Shown one piece after another: positions 13,391-26,214 of a stretch of 64,000 nt of DNA (positions are counted from its first letter, which is position 1; the number at the start of each line of letters is the position of its first letter). A program made the translations under genes and the position numbers. The notes under the pieces are model-generated. The model ran no database searches. It was not told the origin of the DNA and saw only the letters and a program-made list of their open reading frames with translations. The DNA is from Camelus dromedarius (lineage: Eukaryota). The stretch covers positions 44,146,001 to 44,210,000 of the forward strand of contig NC_087436.1 of the NCBI RefSeq assembly GCF_036321535.1, in the 5' to 3' direction.

Positions 13391-13930
13391 CCTACAACTC
13401 AGTTCCAGAAGGTTGTCTCTGTCTCAGATATGACCTCACTATTGTGATATTACTCAAGAGACACTGGGAATTCTGCTCTTTTTTTTTTTTGAATTTTCAC
13501 AGTGTGTATAAACAAAACATGTCAAGGAGACATATTTGAACTTGGGTCACAAAAGGGCTGGTGATGGCACAGCATGTAAACCCCTCTAGACTCAGCCACT
13601 CTGACTTACTTGTCCTGCTTTGGGGAAAAAGACTGAGCATCTGAGTAGGAAATTAAAGAGCTATGAATTTACATTCAAGTGTGGAGTTATGCAGGCATTA
13701 AGATTGGAAAGGATTTTGCTGCAGGTTAAAGACTTGCATCCATCAGATTGTGAAGACCTCGTTTTAAACCGTGACACCTTGAGGGAGTGAAAGAAACAAC
13801 AGCTGGGCCGCAGAGGCGTTCTTGTTTTCTTTTCCATCAGCCAGACATTTAGAGTAAGCCTCTGGGCTTAGAGTGGAAAGGTTAGGTCTCAAGAGAGAGA
13901 TAATGGACCTTCTGTTAATGAAGGTAGGTG

Positions 13931-13952
13931 GGAAAGTGAGTCAGTGGAAAAA
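13931..13952 (+). promoter_or_regulatory. AP-1 site flanked by NFAT-like GGAAA cores
   Basis: GGAAAG-TGAGTCA-GTGGAAAAA. Confidence 0.25.
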
Positions 13953-14344
13953 TCCAAGACGTGACTAAACATGCACTCCAAGCCTGCGATATGGGCCATG
14001 CTGGTTTCATTGCTACAGAATTATGTTTTGAATAAATGCCAGAGATGTTAAAATAAAGGACTTCTATTTAAATATTCCTCTTATTTATGAAAATTCAATA
14101 TTTCAGGAGAGATTAAGAATGGTATCAATTTGCAGTAAATGTTTGATAACTTTATGGCCAGGTATTGACTCATAATAATGTTGTTCAATATTTATTAAGC
14201 AATAAATGTTTATGGAGCCTGCACTGTCCTAGGCTACGTATGCATGTCAGGTGTCTTATTTGGCATTTAAATTCATCATAAAATTTCTTGGGTTTTAACT
14301 TAAAGGAATACAAGGGAATAAAAATATGAAATTGCACTTATGTA

Positions 14345-14930
14345 TTTATTTATTTAGCAACATGTACCAGGTTAGATGCTGGGATACAGTAGCAACTCAG
14401 ACACTTATGCTTGCTGTTTTCATGGAGCTTACAATCTAGTAGGTGAAAGAAATATTAGACAAACACTTGCACAAATACTTGACTTCAATTGTACTAAGTG
14501 CTATGAAGGAGAAGCGTGGAGTGCTGTGAGATAATGATGTGAGGCTATAACCTGGTCCTAGAGGAAGGGACATTTAAACTGAGACTTGAAGAATGCATAG
14601 AGGCATGTAAAAATAGTAGGGGACAGAAGAGGGGAGGGAGAAAAATATTGCAGAGGGAGCAGCATATTTGATGGTTGAATACAAAGAACTGAAAGCTGGT
14701 TTGGGGACTGAGGCTCAGCGATCAAAGGGGACAGTGGTCATGAGGCTAGAAAAGAGGTTGGGACCAAATCATCCAGGGCCTTGAAGGTGGTGGCCAAGAC
14801 TTAGCTTCTTACCCCAAAACAACGTGGAGGTGTTGAAGGATTTTAAGCAGGTAAGCTTCATAATCAGACATTTCCCCCCTTTTTCCTTAAAAAACAAAAC
14901 AAAACAAAACACTCTTTGGCTTCAGTGAGT
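14345..14930 (-). mobile_element. L2 LINE 3' fragment
   Basis: agatgctgggatacagtag..catggagcttacaatctagt..aagtgctatgaagga..gaaggattttaagcagg. Confidence 0.75.
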
Positions 14931-15504
14931 AAAAGAGATTGTACCCACATGAGAGAATAAACACAAAGCACTGTTTGAACATGTGGGACTTTTGGAATTA
15001 ATTATAGAACTAGGTACATCAGGAAGTAATGATCAAGTGAAAGTGTTGTTTTTCATGTATTATGAGATAGAGAAAGAGGTCTGTGTTCTGTGGGTCTACC
15101 ATCTCACTAAATTTTAGCTTTTAGTTACCATGCAAGAGTAAAAGGAGTAAATTTCTTTTTCTTCCTTTTTTTATTTTTTTTTTGCAATTATGTTAGTGTC
15201 AGTACCCAAGAGAAAATATGATGCTCTGCATAGACAGAGCCTGGTATATTTCCAATATATTGATAAATTAAGCTGCATTAATAGCTAAGTAAAAGGGTTT
15301 AGATTTAAAGGCTATTTTATCTTGGTTTGCTTTTTGATTGGAAAGAGGTTCTCAGGTAAGAAGGATTTATTTTTTTCATAGATTCTTAGAAATGGTAAAC
15401 TTCTTAGGGAAAGATATATAGTATATCATGTAATTGATGTTATTACTGCTAGTTCTACTATTACTGATCATGTGCAGAAATTTTATTGTGTAAAACTCTC
15501 TGCA

Positions 15505-16165
15505 GAGAGACATACACAATTTTTAAGTATTCCTTTATGCAGTTACTCATCCAGAATATTTGAAGTATTTTGACTTACAAGAGTCTTATGAATTCTACTC
15601 ATTACTTAATGTCATGAAATGATGAAATTGAGTGAATTTTTTCCCCTTGGAAGTCTTTATTCATTTTTCTCTTAATTTTTTTTCCTGCACATACACCCAC
15701 CCATAAATACACACATATTTAGTTCACTTATTCCTCACAAAAACCCAATGAAGTATGTATTCTTTTCATCCCCTTTTTATAGGCAAGGAGAATGAAGCAC
15801 AGATAGGCTTATTATGTTGCCCCAAATCACACAGCTCATTGATGATGTAGCTAGGATATAAAACAATATTTTGATTCGAGAGTGATAGCTCATAATTATT
15901 ACATTATCTGCTGCCTTCTAAGGTGAAAATTATAAATAATATGTGTATGAAATTTGGAAATATTTATTTGAACTATAATAGAACTCTGGTTTTTGGAAAG
16001 ATACATTATTCTTAAGTATCCTTTTATGCAGCTGTTTTAGAACATTTAAAATAATTTGATTTACAAGAGCCTTTTATGAATTACACCCATTATTTAAAGT
16101 CATGAAATGGTGAAACTGAGTGCTTTTTTTACCCCGTGAAATTCTGTATTCTTTTTTTCTTTATT
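15505..16165. repeat. Diverged local direct duplication (~170 bp x2) separated by a MIR
   Basis: 15505-15675 aligns by eye to 15995-16165 (ttaagtat..tttatgcag..ttacaagag..gtcatgaaatg..tgaaa.tgagtg). Confidence 0.85.
15715..15915 (-). mobile_element. MIR SINE
   Basis: tcctcacaaaaaccc..ccctttttataggcaaggagaatgaagcacaga..gccccaaatcacacagct, the MIR core. Confidence 0.7.
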
Positions 16166-16747
16166 CAGCTTTGTTCTGCTTCCCTTTTGCACCTATTTAA
16201 TATGAAATGACAATAGGAGAAGGAGGGGGAGAAGAAGGAGAAAAAAAGGGAAAAAGGAGAAAAGTGAGTGGGCAAAGAATACAAGTTGAATATATTACAC
16301 ATAATTTTTAAGTGTTTATTTTTCAAACAAAATTCTGTCTAGTTCTCTGATGATTTTTATCACAGTCCACAATACTCTTTAGTGACAAATTTATTTGTCA
16401 TTGTTTTTACTTTTCATGAAAGGGTATCATTACCTTTTTATTATTTGTAAATTTTTAAGGTGTTTTCTATTTATATATGATCTTTATTTCTCTGATTTTA
16501 CTTCAGTTTTAAATAATTCTTTCCCCCAAAATGCACATCTTTTAAGATACCTATTTGAAATGTAAGAATACATAATAATACCAGTACATATAGTAAGCAT
16601 AAAAATTCACTGCCTCAAGTATATATTAATCTCCTTTCCAAAGAAATGAAATCCCATGTTAATTTTGTTAATTTCTTTTTAGAAACAATGCCATATAGAT
16701 ATTAGTTTACTAGCTCTTACTTTTTTTCCCTGTTCTTGATAAAATTG

Positions 16748-18110
16748 TTTTTTTCAAATTGAGGTATAGTTGATTTACAATATTATATAACTTTCAGGTG
16801 TACAACATAGTGATTCACAATTGTTTAAGGTTATACTCCATTTATAGTTATTATAAAATATTGGCTGTATTCCTTGTGGTGTACAATATATCCTTGTAGC
16901 TTATTTATTTCATACATAATTTGTTCCTCTTAATCCCCCATCCCTATCCTGCTCCTTCCCCCTCCCCTCTCCCCACTGGTAACCACTACTTTGTTCTCTA
17001 GTCTGATTCTTTTTTGTTATATTCATTCATTTGTTTTACTTTTTAGATTCCACATATAAATGACATTATACAGTATTTGTCTTTCTCAGTATGACTTATT
17101 TCACTAGCGTAATACCCTCCAAGTCCATCCACGTGATTGTAAATGGCAAAGTTTCATTCTTTGATATGTCTGAGAACTATTTCATTGTATGTATATCCAT
17201 TCATCAGTTGATGGATACTGAGGTTGATTCCACATCTTGGATATTGTAAATAATGCTGCTATGAACATTGGAGTGCATATGTTTTTGAATTACAGTTTTC
17301 ATTTTCTTAAGATATAAATCCAGGGGTGCAATTGCTGGATTATATGGTAGTTCAATTTTTATTTTTTTGAGGAACTCTTTATTGTTTTCCATAGTGGTTG
17401 TAGCAATTTGCATTTTCACCAACAGTGTACAAGTGTTCCCCTTTCTCTGCTTATTATTCGTGGTCTTTTTGATGCTAGCCATTTGACAGGTGTGAGATGA
17501 TATCTCATTGTGGGTTTTATTTGTATTTCTCTGATGCTTAGCAATGTTGAGCATCTTTTCACATGCCTGTTGGCCATCTAGATGTCGTCTTTAGAAAAAT
17601 GTCTATTCAGGTCTTCTACCCATTTTTTAATTAGGTTTTTATTTTTTTGATGTTGAGTTGTATGAGCTGTTTATATATCTTGAATATTAACCCTTTGTTA
17701 GTCATATCATTTGCAGATGTTTTCTCCTGTTCCATAAGTTGTCTTTTTGCTTTGTCGATGGTTTCCTTTGCTGTGCAAAAGCTTTAAAGTTTAATTAAGT
17801 CCCATTTGATTATTTTTGCTTTTGTTTCCTTTGCCTTAGGAGACAGATCCAAAAGAATATTGCTACAATTTATGTCAGAGTGCTCTGTCTATGTTTTCTT
17901 CTAGGAGTTTTATGGTTTTCAGTCTTACATTTAGGTCTTTAATCCATTTTGAGTTTATTTTTGTATATGTGTTAGAAAATGTTCTACTTTTATTCTTTTA
18001 CATGTAGCTATCCAGTTTTCATGGCACCATTTATTGAAGAGACTGTGTTTTCTCCATTGTATATTCCTGCCTACTTCATCATAGATTAATTGACTATAAG
18101 TGCATGGGTT
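16748..18110 (-). mobile_element. 5'-truncated LINE-1 (3' UTR plus end of ORF2), relatively young subfamily
   Basis: T-run then attgaggtatagttgatttacaa; ORF 17204-17554(-) gives degenerate L1 ORF2 C-terminal peptide (KIELPYNPAIAPL). Confidence 0.92.
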
Positions 18111-18329
18111 ACTGTCATCTACTTAATTTCTCTTAAAAATTTCTATTGTGAGTTGTAACATACAACCAGAATTGTGTATAAATATAAATACATGGGTTAA
18201 TAAATTATTTTAAAGCAAATACCTGTATAACCACCACCCAAATCAAGAAGTAAAATGCTACCAGTTCCCCCAGCCTGCTGTGTGCCCCTTCCCAATTACC
18301 ATCCTCACCAGATGCTGACTAGCCTGACT

Positions 18330-18880
18330 TTTTAATAGCATTACTCAATTGAGATATACTTCACACAACATAAAATTCATCATCTTAAGGTGTATACTTC
18401 AGTTGTTTTTAGTATATTTACTATGTTGTGCAACCATCACCACTATCTAATCCCAGAACTTTCCCATTCCCTTACTTAATCCCCCCTGAAAAATCTCATA
18501 TTGATTAGCAGTTAGTCCTAATTCCTCCCTTCCTATATTTTCTGGCAACCATTGACCTACTGTCATCTGTATGGACTTAGCCAATGTAGACATTTCATGT
18601 AAATTTTATCAAACAATGTGGTCTTCTGCATTTAGCTTCTTTCACTCGGTGTGTTTCAAGATTTATCCATGTTGTAGCATGCATTAATACTTTATTTCTT
18701 TTTGTCGCTGAGTAAGTATTCCACTATCAATTTACCACATGCTTGGCCATTCATCAGTTGATGAACATTTGGGTTGTTTCTACTTTTTGGCTATTATGAA
18801 TAATATTAATATGAACAAATTTTTGTGTGACTACATTTTCAGTTTTCTTAGGTACATTCATAGGAGTAGAATTACTGGGC
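18330..18880 (-). mobile_element. L1MB-type LINE-1 3' end
   Basis: attgagata..cataaaattc..tgtgcaaccatcaccacta..tggcaacca..gagtagaattactggg. Confidence 0.8.
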
Positions 18881-18989
18881 CATTTTTTCCCCATCCCTGT
18901 AATGTTTAGTAGAGAGACTGGGATGTAAGAGGTATCACTAAATAATGGTTCAGTTGAATTAAAGTAGATGGCTGTCAAGGGCTATGGTC

Positions 18990-19400
18990 AGGTGTTGGAG
19001 GAGGTCATTGAGAGGGCATGACTGCTGGTTGACTTGGGAGCTGGATTCTACCCCCTTTCCTGTCCTTGGAATTAATGGCTTGCCTACCATTCCTGTACTA
19101 GCAGCTGCTTCAAGGATGCAGCCTTTAGAGAGTAATGTGTTGTTGAAACCATCTAAATGATATATATGACTGAACCCATTAAAACCTCTATTTAAACTTT
19201 CAAGGTTCTCATGGGTGAACGCAGATTTACTTGTAGCCGCCCAAGGCAGCCCTCATAAGTAAGTCTGTTTGTTTACTTGCCTGCCACCTATCAATCTGGA
19301 CTGGTTGCCTCTTTCTTTGGTCTCTTCCTGCTCTTTGTGTATGAGGGTGGGAGAGGCTAGTTTCACATTTTCCCCAGGGACTCCTAAGGTTGTGACCCAA
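18990..19400 (+). mobile_element. Probable ERV solo LTR
   Basis: LTR-like layout with TATA-like aacctctatttaaac and U5-like ctctttctttggtctc; family not assigned. Confidence 0.45.
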
Positions 19401-22400
19401 AATGAGGTCTACTCATAGAAACACTCCAGGAGAGAATAATTGGGACATTCTTATGTTGTACCACAAAGTTGAAGGTAAGGAAAGGTTGCAAACCTAGGCC
19501 ACAGAAAAGGGAGGTTGTACAACTACTGATGCAATAAAGACTTTAGAGCCCAGATCTGGGACACAGTTTTGACCTTAAGGCATTTTGACAGCAGAATTAT
19601 TGCTTTGTGGGGAAATGTCTAGGCACTGACTTGGCCTTTCTGGCAGGACAAGGGTAAAATTCCAGTAGTGCCTTCTTCAGGGCCTGTGGAGCTGGTGAGT
19701 CTCATTATGATCACTTTGTGCACATGTCTGTGAAGAGTAGGAAGGGGATGGATGAGAGTAGACTGAATGTTCTATGTTCTTAGGTAAATATTTTTTCTGT
19801 GTTCTTTTTATATATTTTTTGATGTTCAGTATGACTTTCAAATAGAACTGATTCCCCCCAACCCCATTAGTTTTAGTTTCACCATCAATAAATCCAGCTT
19901 TTCTCAGATCGAGGTCTGAGACAATAATAACTGAAGCAACACAGGCAAAAATAATGCATGCAATTGATCATCTCAATTCCCCAACTGTGAAGTTGATCTT
20001 AATGTTCTTTTTGGAGCCAAACTCCTTAACCTGTGGTCCATAAACACGAATGACTGTCCAAGAAGCCCTGGAAACTGTGTGCATAATCATATATGCATAT
20101 TTGGGAAGAAAGGGTTTATTGCTTTTATCAGGTTCTCAAAGGTATTTGTGAACATGAGTAAAAGACTACATCTCTAAAGTATTGTCGAAGGAATCACATT
20201 TCTTCATTAGTTCAATAAATATGTATTAAAAATATAATGTGCAACAGGCACTCTTTTGAGGCTGAGATACAGCTGTGAACCAGACAGACAGATTCTTCTT
20301 TCACTGAACTTACATACCAAAGAGAGCCACATTTCACAAGAAATGTCATGGAAATCAGTTAGAGAAAACACAACGAAAGCAGAGTGCTCAGATTCTAATC
20401 TCAGATTATACGTATGTTACCCAAGAATATACAGTGGAAAAGTCAGTTCCAGAGTTCTTATTTCTGTAGAGTCAAATATCTGGACAGTTGACTTAATTTT
20501 TCACTTTCCACTAGATTCTTTATGCATTGTAGACATAATTGTGGTGTCTTGAACGATTTAGTTTCCTCATTTTAAATGGTCTTGCAGCTTTGAGACTCTC
20601 TGAATACTCTAAAATAATGCCTTTTTGGTACAAGGCAGTTCTACTGTGGTTGGAACCTGACCATTTGCAGAAGCGCCTTCCCCACTGTGAGCATCTTTGT
20701 TCTTTCCTTTGGTCTTATTTGGCGGGAGTCCTGCTGGTCTAGGTTAGCATTAACTACCACTGGATGGAGCTATAGCATCAGGCAAATGATCTTTCTATGG
20801 ATACAAGGAGTAATTCACTGACTTGTAGCCATCCATCAATTTGCTTAGTTATAATAGGTAAAAATTGTTGATTTCCTGCAATATTGGAGTGCAAAATTCT
20901 TTTACTTATTTGGCTATGTTCCTTGATTTCTTTTGCAGAGTCTGAAGACATATTTTTAAAAAATTAAGGATGTTTGTTTTGATAATTTCATGACAGTCTT
21001 CAAGATTAGTAGAGAAATCCTGGAGTGTTGTAAACCGGTACCAGTAATTACTTAGTGTAGGTGTTTTAATGCTGCTGACAGGTGCTTTATACAACTTTAA
21101 TAAGTAATGACATGACTTAAACTCTCTTTACACTGGGGACCAGTCAGTGGTTTTCTGTTGCCTTGAGATACATTGCAGAATTTCTCAAGTTTCACCAATG
21201 TTTATATACTGGAAACTACGCCCAGGAAAATTAGTGTTATTTTTAACACCATATCAGAAAGCTTTCAATTTATCTGAATAGCTATCTAGCTATCATTTCC
21301 TATCATCTATCTCTTTCTATCCTTAATCTATCTGGCTAACTTCTAGTGCTCTGGAATCACTCTCTACCAATGGAAGAATTTTTTCATGAAAGAATTTTTT
21401 CATGAAAAAATATTTTTTTCTAAAATCACCTACTAAATTATTCATTCCTTAATTGCAAATATTTCACCTAGAATCAGGATCCTAACCAAATGTAAAGACT
21501 AAGAGGACCTATAAATTGTGAGTTACAATTATTATTTTATTTATACCATCATTGATTTAAAATATGGTCCACCTAAATATAATCTTTCCCCTCCCTGTAT
21601 TCTTTTCCTCTGTAGCTTCATTGTTCTTCTCTGTTGGCAAGAATGGTGTCTCAGAGCAGAATTCCTCTCAGGGACTGACCAGCCAATTGTAATGTATATT
21701 TTTATATTCCCCTGAATGAATTGAACTGGAAACTTTGTAGTTTTAGTTTAAAAATGATTGTTACTATTCTCTAAACACCTTTTTCAATGCTATCTAGGAT
21801 TTCTTTTTTATTCTTTAATAAATTAGTGGTGAATTTTCAATAAAATCATTCAGTTAAAACATTTGGACATTTATATATGCCTTTTATTACTTTGTGATTT
21901 AAAGACTTTTATAAAAAAACCAAAATCAATTTCATGAACCAGGTTAGACAAGTACACTACTTCTTCACTATTGCTGATTTTTCTAGTTGCTTGCTTTCCT
22001 TAAAGGAGATGAAAAGGCTTCTTAATATTAAAAGTTCCCATGACACTTTCACAATTAAAGAGTAAATTCTCATTTGAAAGACATGTTTAGAAAATTTAAG
22101 ACACATCTTGTGACTATTATATCAGTTCCCTGGATTGTCGGGTAAAATAAAAACACATCTGCCTAAACCAGTAATTCTTTTTTGACTGATTCATTCATTA
22201 GATGCCACAGGTAACATTTGTCAAAAAGACAGTGGGATATATGGATAGAACACGGCTTTTCTGTTGGACAGACCTGACATTTGAACCCTAATTCCGGCTC
22301 TTAACTAGTCCAATTATAGACAAGAAGGATCTGGAAAATCTGGAATATTAGCCCAAGAAATTTATACTTAACAGGAAATACCTTAATGGGCATCACTGAT

Positions 22401-24965
22401 GGATTCTTGAGACAAGAAGTCATATAATTCGAACATGTTTGTTTGTCATTCCTCCTAGTGTGAAGTGGAAGCATATGACTGGCTGGGATTAGGTCATCTG
22501 TTTATGTCTTGGCTGCTGTTAGGCAGAGAAACAGGTGACTTCTTCCCTTTGCTTTTGTAATAAAAGATGAGGCTTCTGTATCCTGCTAATAATACATGAA
22601 ATTGTGAATGGAAAAGAAGGAATGGGTATAAGAGACACTGGTGGTATCTGAAGGGTTTGGTGTCTGGCTGGGTATGGTGAGGAGATGGAGAAAGAATGAC
22701 CTAACAAAAGGTAAAGCATGATATAAACCAGAAAAATCTTTGAACCTTCAAGAACTCATCATAGACCCTGAAAAGTGCAGCTTCAAAAGAGTAGAAAGGA
22801 CAACAAGCTAAATTGCCTCCCTTCTAAACTTCGTTCTTAGACTTGCTGCTTAAACAGATTTTTACCTTTATGAGCATCTATAATTTACAGTCAGTGTTAG
22901 ACAGATTAACATTCACTGTTCTCCAGTTTTTTGGTGTGTGTGATCATGGTGCAAGATCTTTTATTGTTTGTTAACTCTACGGGGTTGGGGATGTTGAAAA
23001 TGAAACACAGAGATAGATTTTACAGTTGCTGGATTACAATATCAGTTGAATTTACATCTTTGCCAAGGCTCTGTCCAATGTTCTTTGTATGTTAGCTTTC
23101 TTGCCTAAGCTAGAAAAACAGCACCTTGAGTATAAGGACATTTTAAGGACCTCATGCTTCTTTGTTGTTACCCATTATATTTAGACAATGCTTGGAAAAC
23201 AGTTCTAAATGACTCTTGTTTGAGTGTAGTGGACATGCAATTAGGGGCTTACATCCACTGCATCTCAGACCTACTTCCTTGTACTGCAATGGGCTGTACA
23301 ATTACGGTAGCCATTGTAATTATTTGTATAAATGTCTATTTCCCAACTAAGTTATGAAGTTTTTGAAGACAAGGATAGTGTCTTATTCACCCTCAAGTAT
23401 ACAATATGTTAAATTCATAGTGTCTGTTATATTTAACTGCATTTGATTGTTCTTGTCCATCTGTCTCTATCTTCCTGAGCCAGTCCTCTTGGCAGGGCTG
23501 TTCTTCAGCCATGAATGCTGGGGCAGTAGACTCTGGGCTCATGTTTCCTGTCTGGCTTCATTTGTTTTCAGCATATCCTAGGGGTACAGTATTGCTTGTT
23601 GAACAAAGAAATAACAGATGGAAAGGCTACGCTGCAATTATGTCCTCTTCCTTATGGCTATAGATATTACTATATAGCCACCAAACTGCAGGTGAACCCA
23701 GAGAGGGGAATATGTTTCTCCCTCCATTGACTCTTAATTTGGTAATTAAGAAATTAATTCTGCAAATTTTGTTCTGTAATACAGAATTTCAATATGGCCA
23801 CGCGTAATTAATGCTATACTTTAATCTGAAGGAGGCCATTTAAGAGTTAGGTATGGAATGCTTTCCATTTAAGGGCTCTCCTCCATAAAGATTCAAAGGA
23901 TTAAGATTTAAAGATTTAAAATTCCTAGCTAAGTTGCACATGACTCATACCCTGAAATGTTTCCCATTAGGAATAAAATTGATCTTATGGGACTTGGACT
24001 TCTTTTCTAAGTTGCTTTTTTTGCTTTCAAAAGCCGCTAGTACTCCATTTTATTCTTTTGTGTGTAACTTTGTGCTAACAAACTGAAGAATTTATCCACA
24101 CTATTACAAATGGCTAATAATCACTAAGGTGACACTTTCAAACAAAGAAAAATGAGAAATAAATGCTTCTTAGTTCTTGCTGGTCCCAAATACTGGTGAA
24201 AAAGAACTGGTATGAGTGTGGGAAAATCTTATGCCAAAATATACAGCCTCAACAAAACCAGAATAAGTAAAGAAAAGCTGATATCTTCATTTAGAAGGGA
24301 CTTCAGTCTGTACCCTCCACTGCTCTCTAATACCATCAGCCAGTTAGTAGCGGTCTTGAAGCTAGAGCTTGAGAAAATGCAGTTCAATTAGGCTGGTTGT
24401 TTTAATGGCCCGCAGACACCCAGTTTCGCGACTTAGTTTAAGAAGGTGGAAATTGACTAGTCAATTAAGTTCTTAACTGCTTTTTCTATTTCTCTAATTT
24501 TAGTTAAAGGTTTGTTGTCCCAGTCTACAAAACCCAAGAGTGTATAAGTGGAGTTCTTAAATATGTGAAAAATTGCATTTTCTCCTTCAATTTCTTAAAA
24601 ATAACTCCGATTGAAATTAATGTAACTTTGCACTAGGGAAAGCTTTGCTGTCTTTTGGAAATGCATTTTTCCCAATGTTTCTATATTTAATCCTTTCATA
24701 GCATGCCATTTATCTTTAACTTTGCTTGTAAGAAGTCACTTATATTTTTCTTAAGATACTGAGACTTACCAGATCATAAAGATTCATAGTTAGCTGTTTG
24801 TCAGCCTTTAAAGTGCTGGCTTTGATTTTGGGAACTCTGTTTTGTTTCCATTTCTCATTAACAGACTGATAAGACAGATATCTTGTGATAACTGGTGGTG
24901 GGAAATTTTTATTTTTAAGTTATTTAAAATTGCACCAAATAATATTTTAAAAATTTTAATTGCCT

Positions 24966-24985
24966 TAGCGCCATCTTGTGGACCA
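24966..24985 (-). promoter_or_regulatory. CTCF core motif
   Basis: Minus strand TGGTCCACAAGATGGCGCTA, close to consensus, embedded in extremely AT-rich DNA. Confidence 0.75.
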
Positions 24986-26214
24986 ATTATATATCTGTAG
25001 GGATCAAACCTATTAAATGTAATAAACTATATGTATATTTCTTTTTTTTTAAATTATGATAAAGACCTTAAAGTTATTTCAATAAAAAGGTAAAATTAAT
25101 TTTTATATTCTACTATATTACTCAAAAAATTGTAAATATTCCATAGTTATTTTTAGGAGGCAATCCAAAGGTTAACCTGATAAATCTGAGATTACTGTAA
25201 TAAATAATTCAAACTGAGACCAGCCAGTAGAAACAGATGGTGCTTCTGGAAGAACTTGAAAATTTTCCACTCTTAAATGAACATAAACCTTCTGCCTGGA
25301 GCTATGCAACTACAGGGACTTATGAGCATGCCTGTAAATCTATGTGGTTACTCTTTTTTTTGTGGTCCAAGTCACATTCTTTTAATTTGATGCCTCCCAA
25401 GGTATGGAAAGCAGAGGCTAACTCAAAACACAAGAGAACAAGTTCTGGTTATTCTCAGTTTGTAGTGCTATCTTTCCTCTTCCTGTGATTGCTTCCTGCT
25501 TCTCTGTTTTGCATGTGAAACTGTGTATTCCAGTAAAGGACAAAAGACATTTTAGCAAGCTTTTATTATACATAAGCCTGGGTTTAACTCCCTAAATAAC
25601 TGAATAGGCATATAATCCTATGGATTTCTTAAGATAGTGAGTAGAGTCAAGATGGATTATGACATTTTTACCCTGAGTCTTTTCAAATGATTAGCAACAC
25701 TTTGTGAACAATTGTGTTTGAGAGGTAACACTGGTTTAGATGAATAATCTGAAGCAAAAAGAAAATAGATCTGAAAAAAAAAGGAAGAAAGAAAAAGAAT
25801 GAAGTAAATGCATGTGACAATGCTGTTTTTAGCCATCTATTCATTGCTGATAGGTTGATTTCTTTTGGCTGATTTTTTTTACCCCAAAAAACACAACAAA
25901 CTGTTGGTAAAGTTGTAAACTTAGATGTGGTTGGTGAAGATGAGCTTGTCAAGAGCTTTTTTTTATGGGGGATAAGTAAGTCATTGACTCCTAAAAATTA
26001 CATTCGAGAACCACGTGAATTAATATAGTATATGTAGTTGTTACCTAACTTATTGGTTTCAATTTTTATTCTTATTATTTTTTTTAAGTAACTGGCCATC
26101 TTTTATTTATCTGTAATTGAACAAATCATTTTATAAGGAAATGGAACTACACAAATACATTGTCTAAATATTTGCATCCTAGCAGTATACTGGCATTAAA
26201 AATTAGAGTCAGGT

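Noticed and set aside
21373..21411. Short tandem duplication (aagaattttttcatga-like, x2) forming a palindrome
   Set aside because: Ordinary slippage in low-complexity AT-rich DNA
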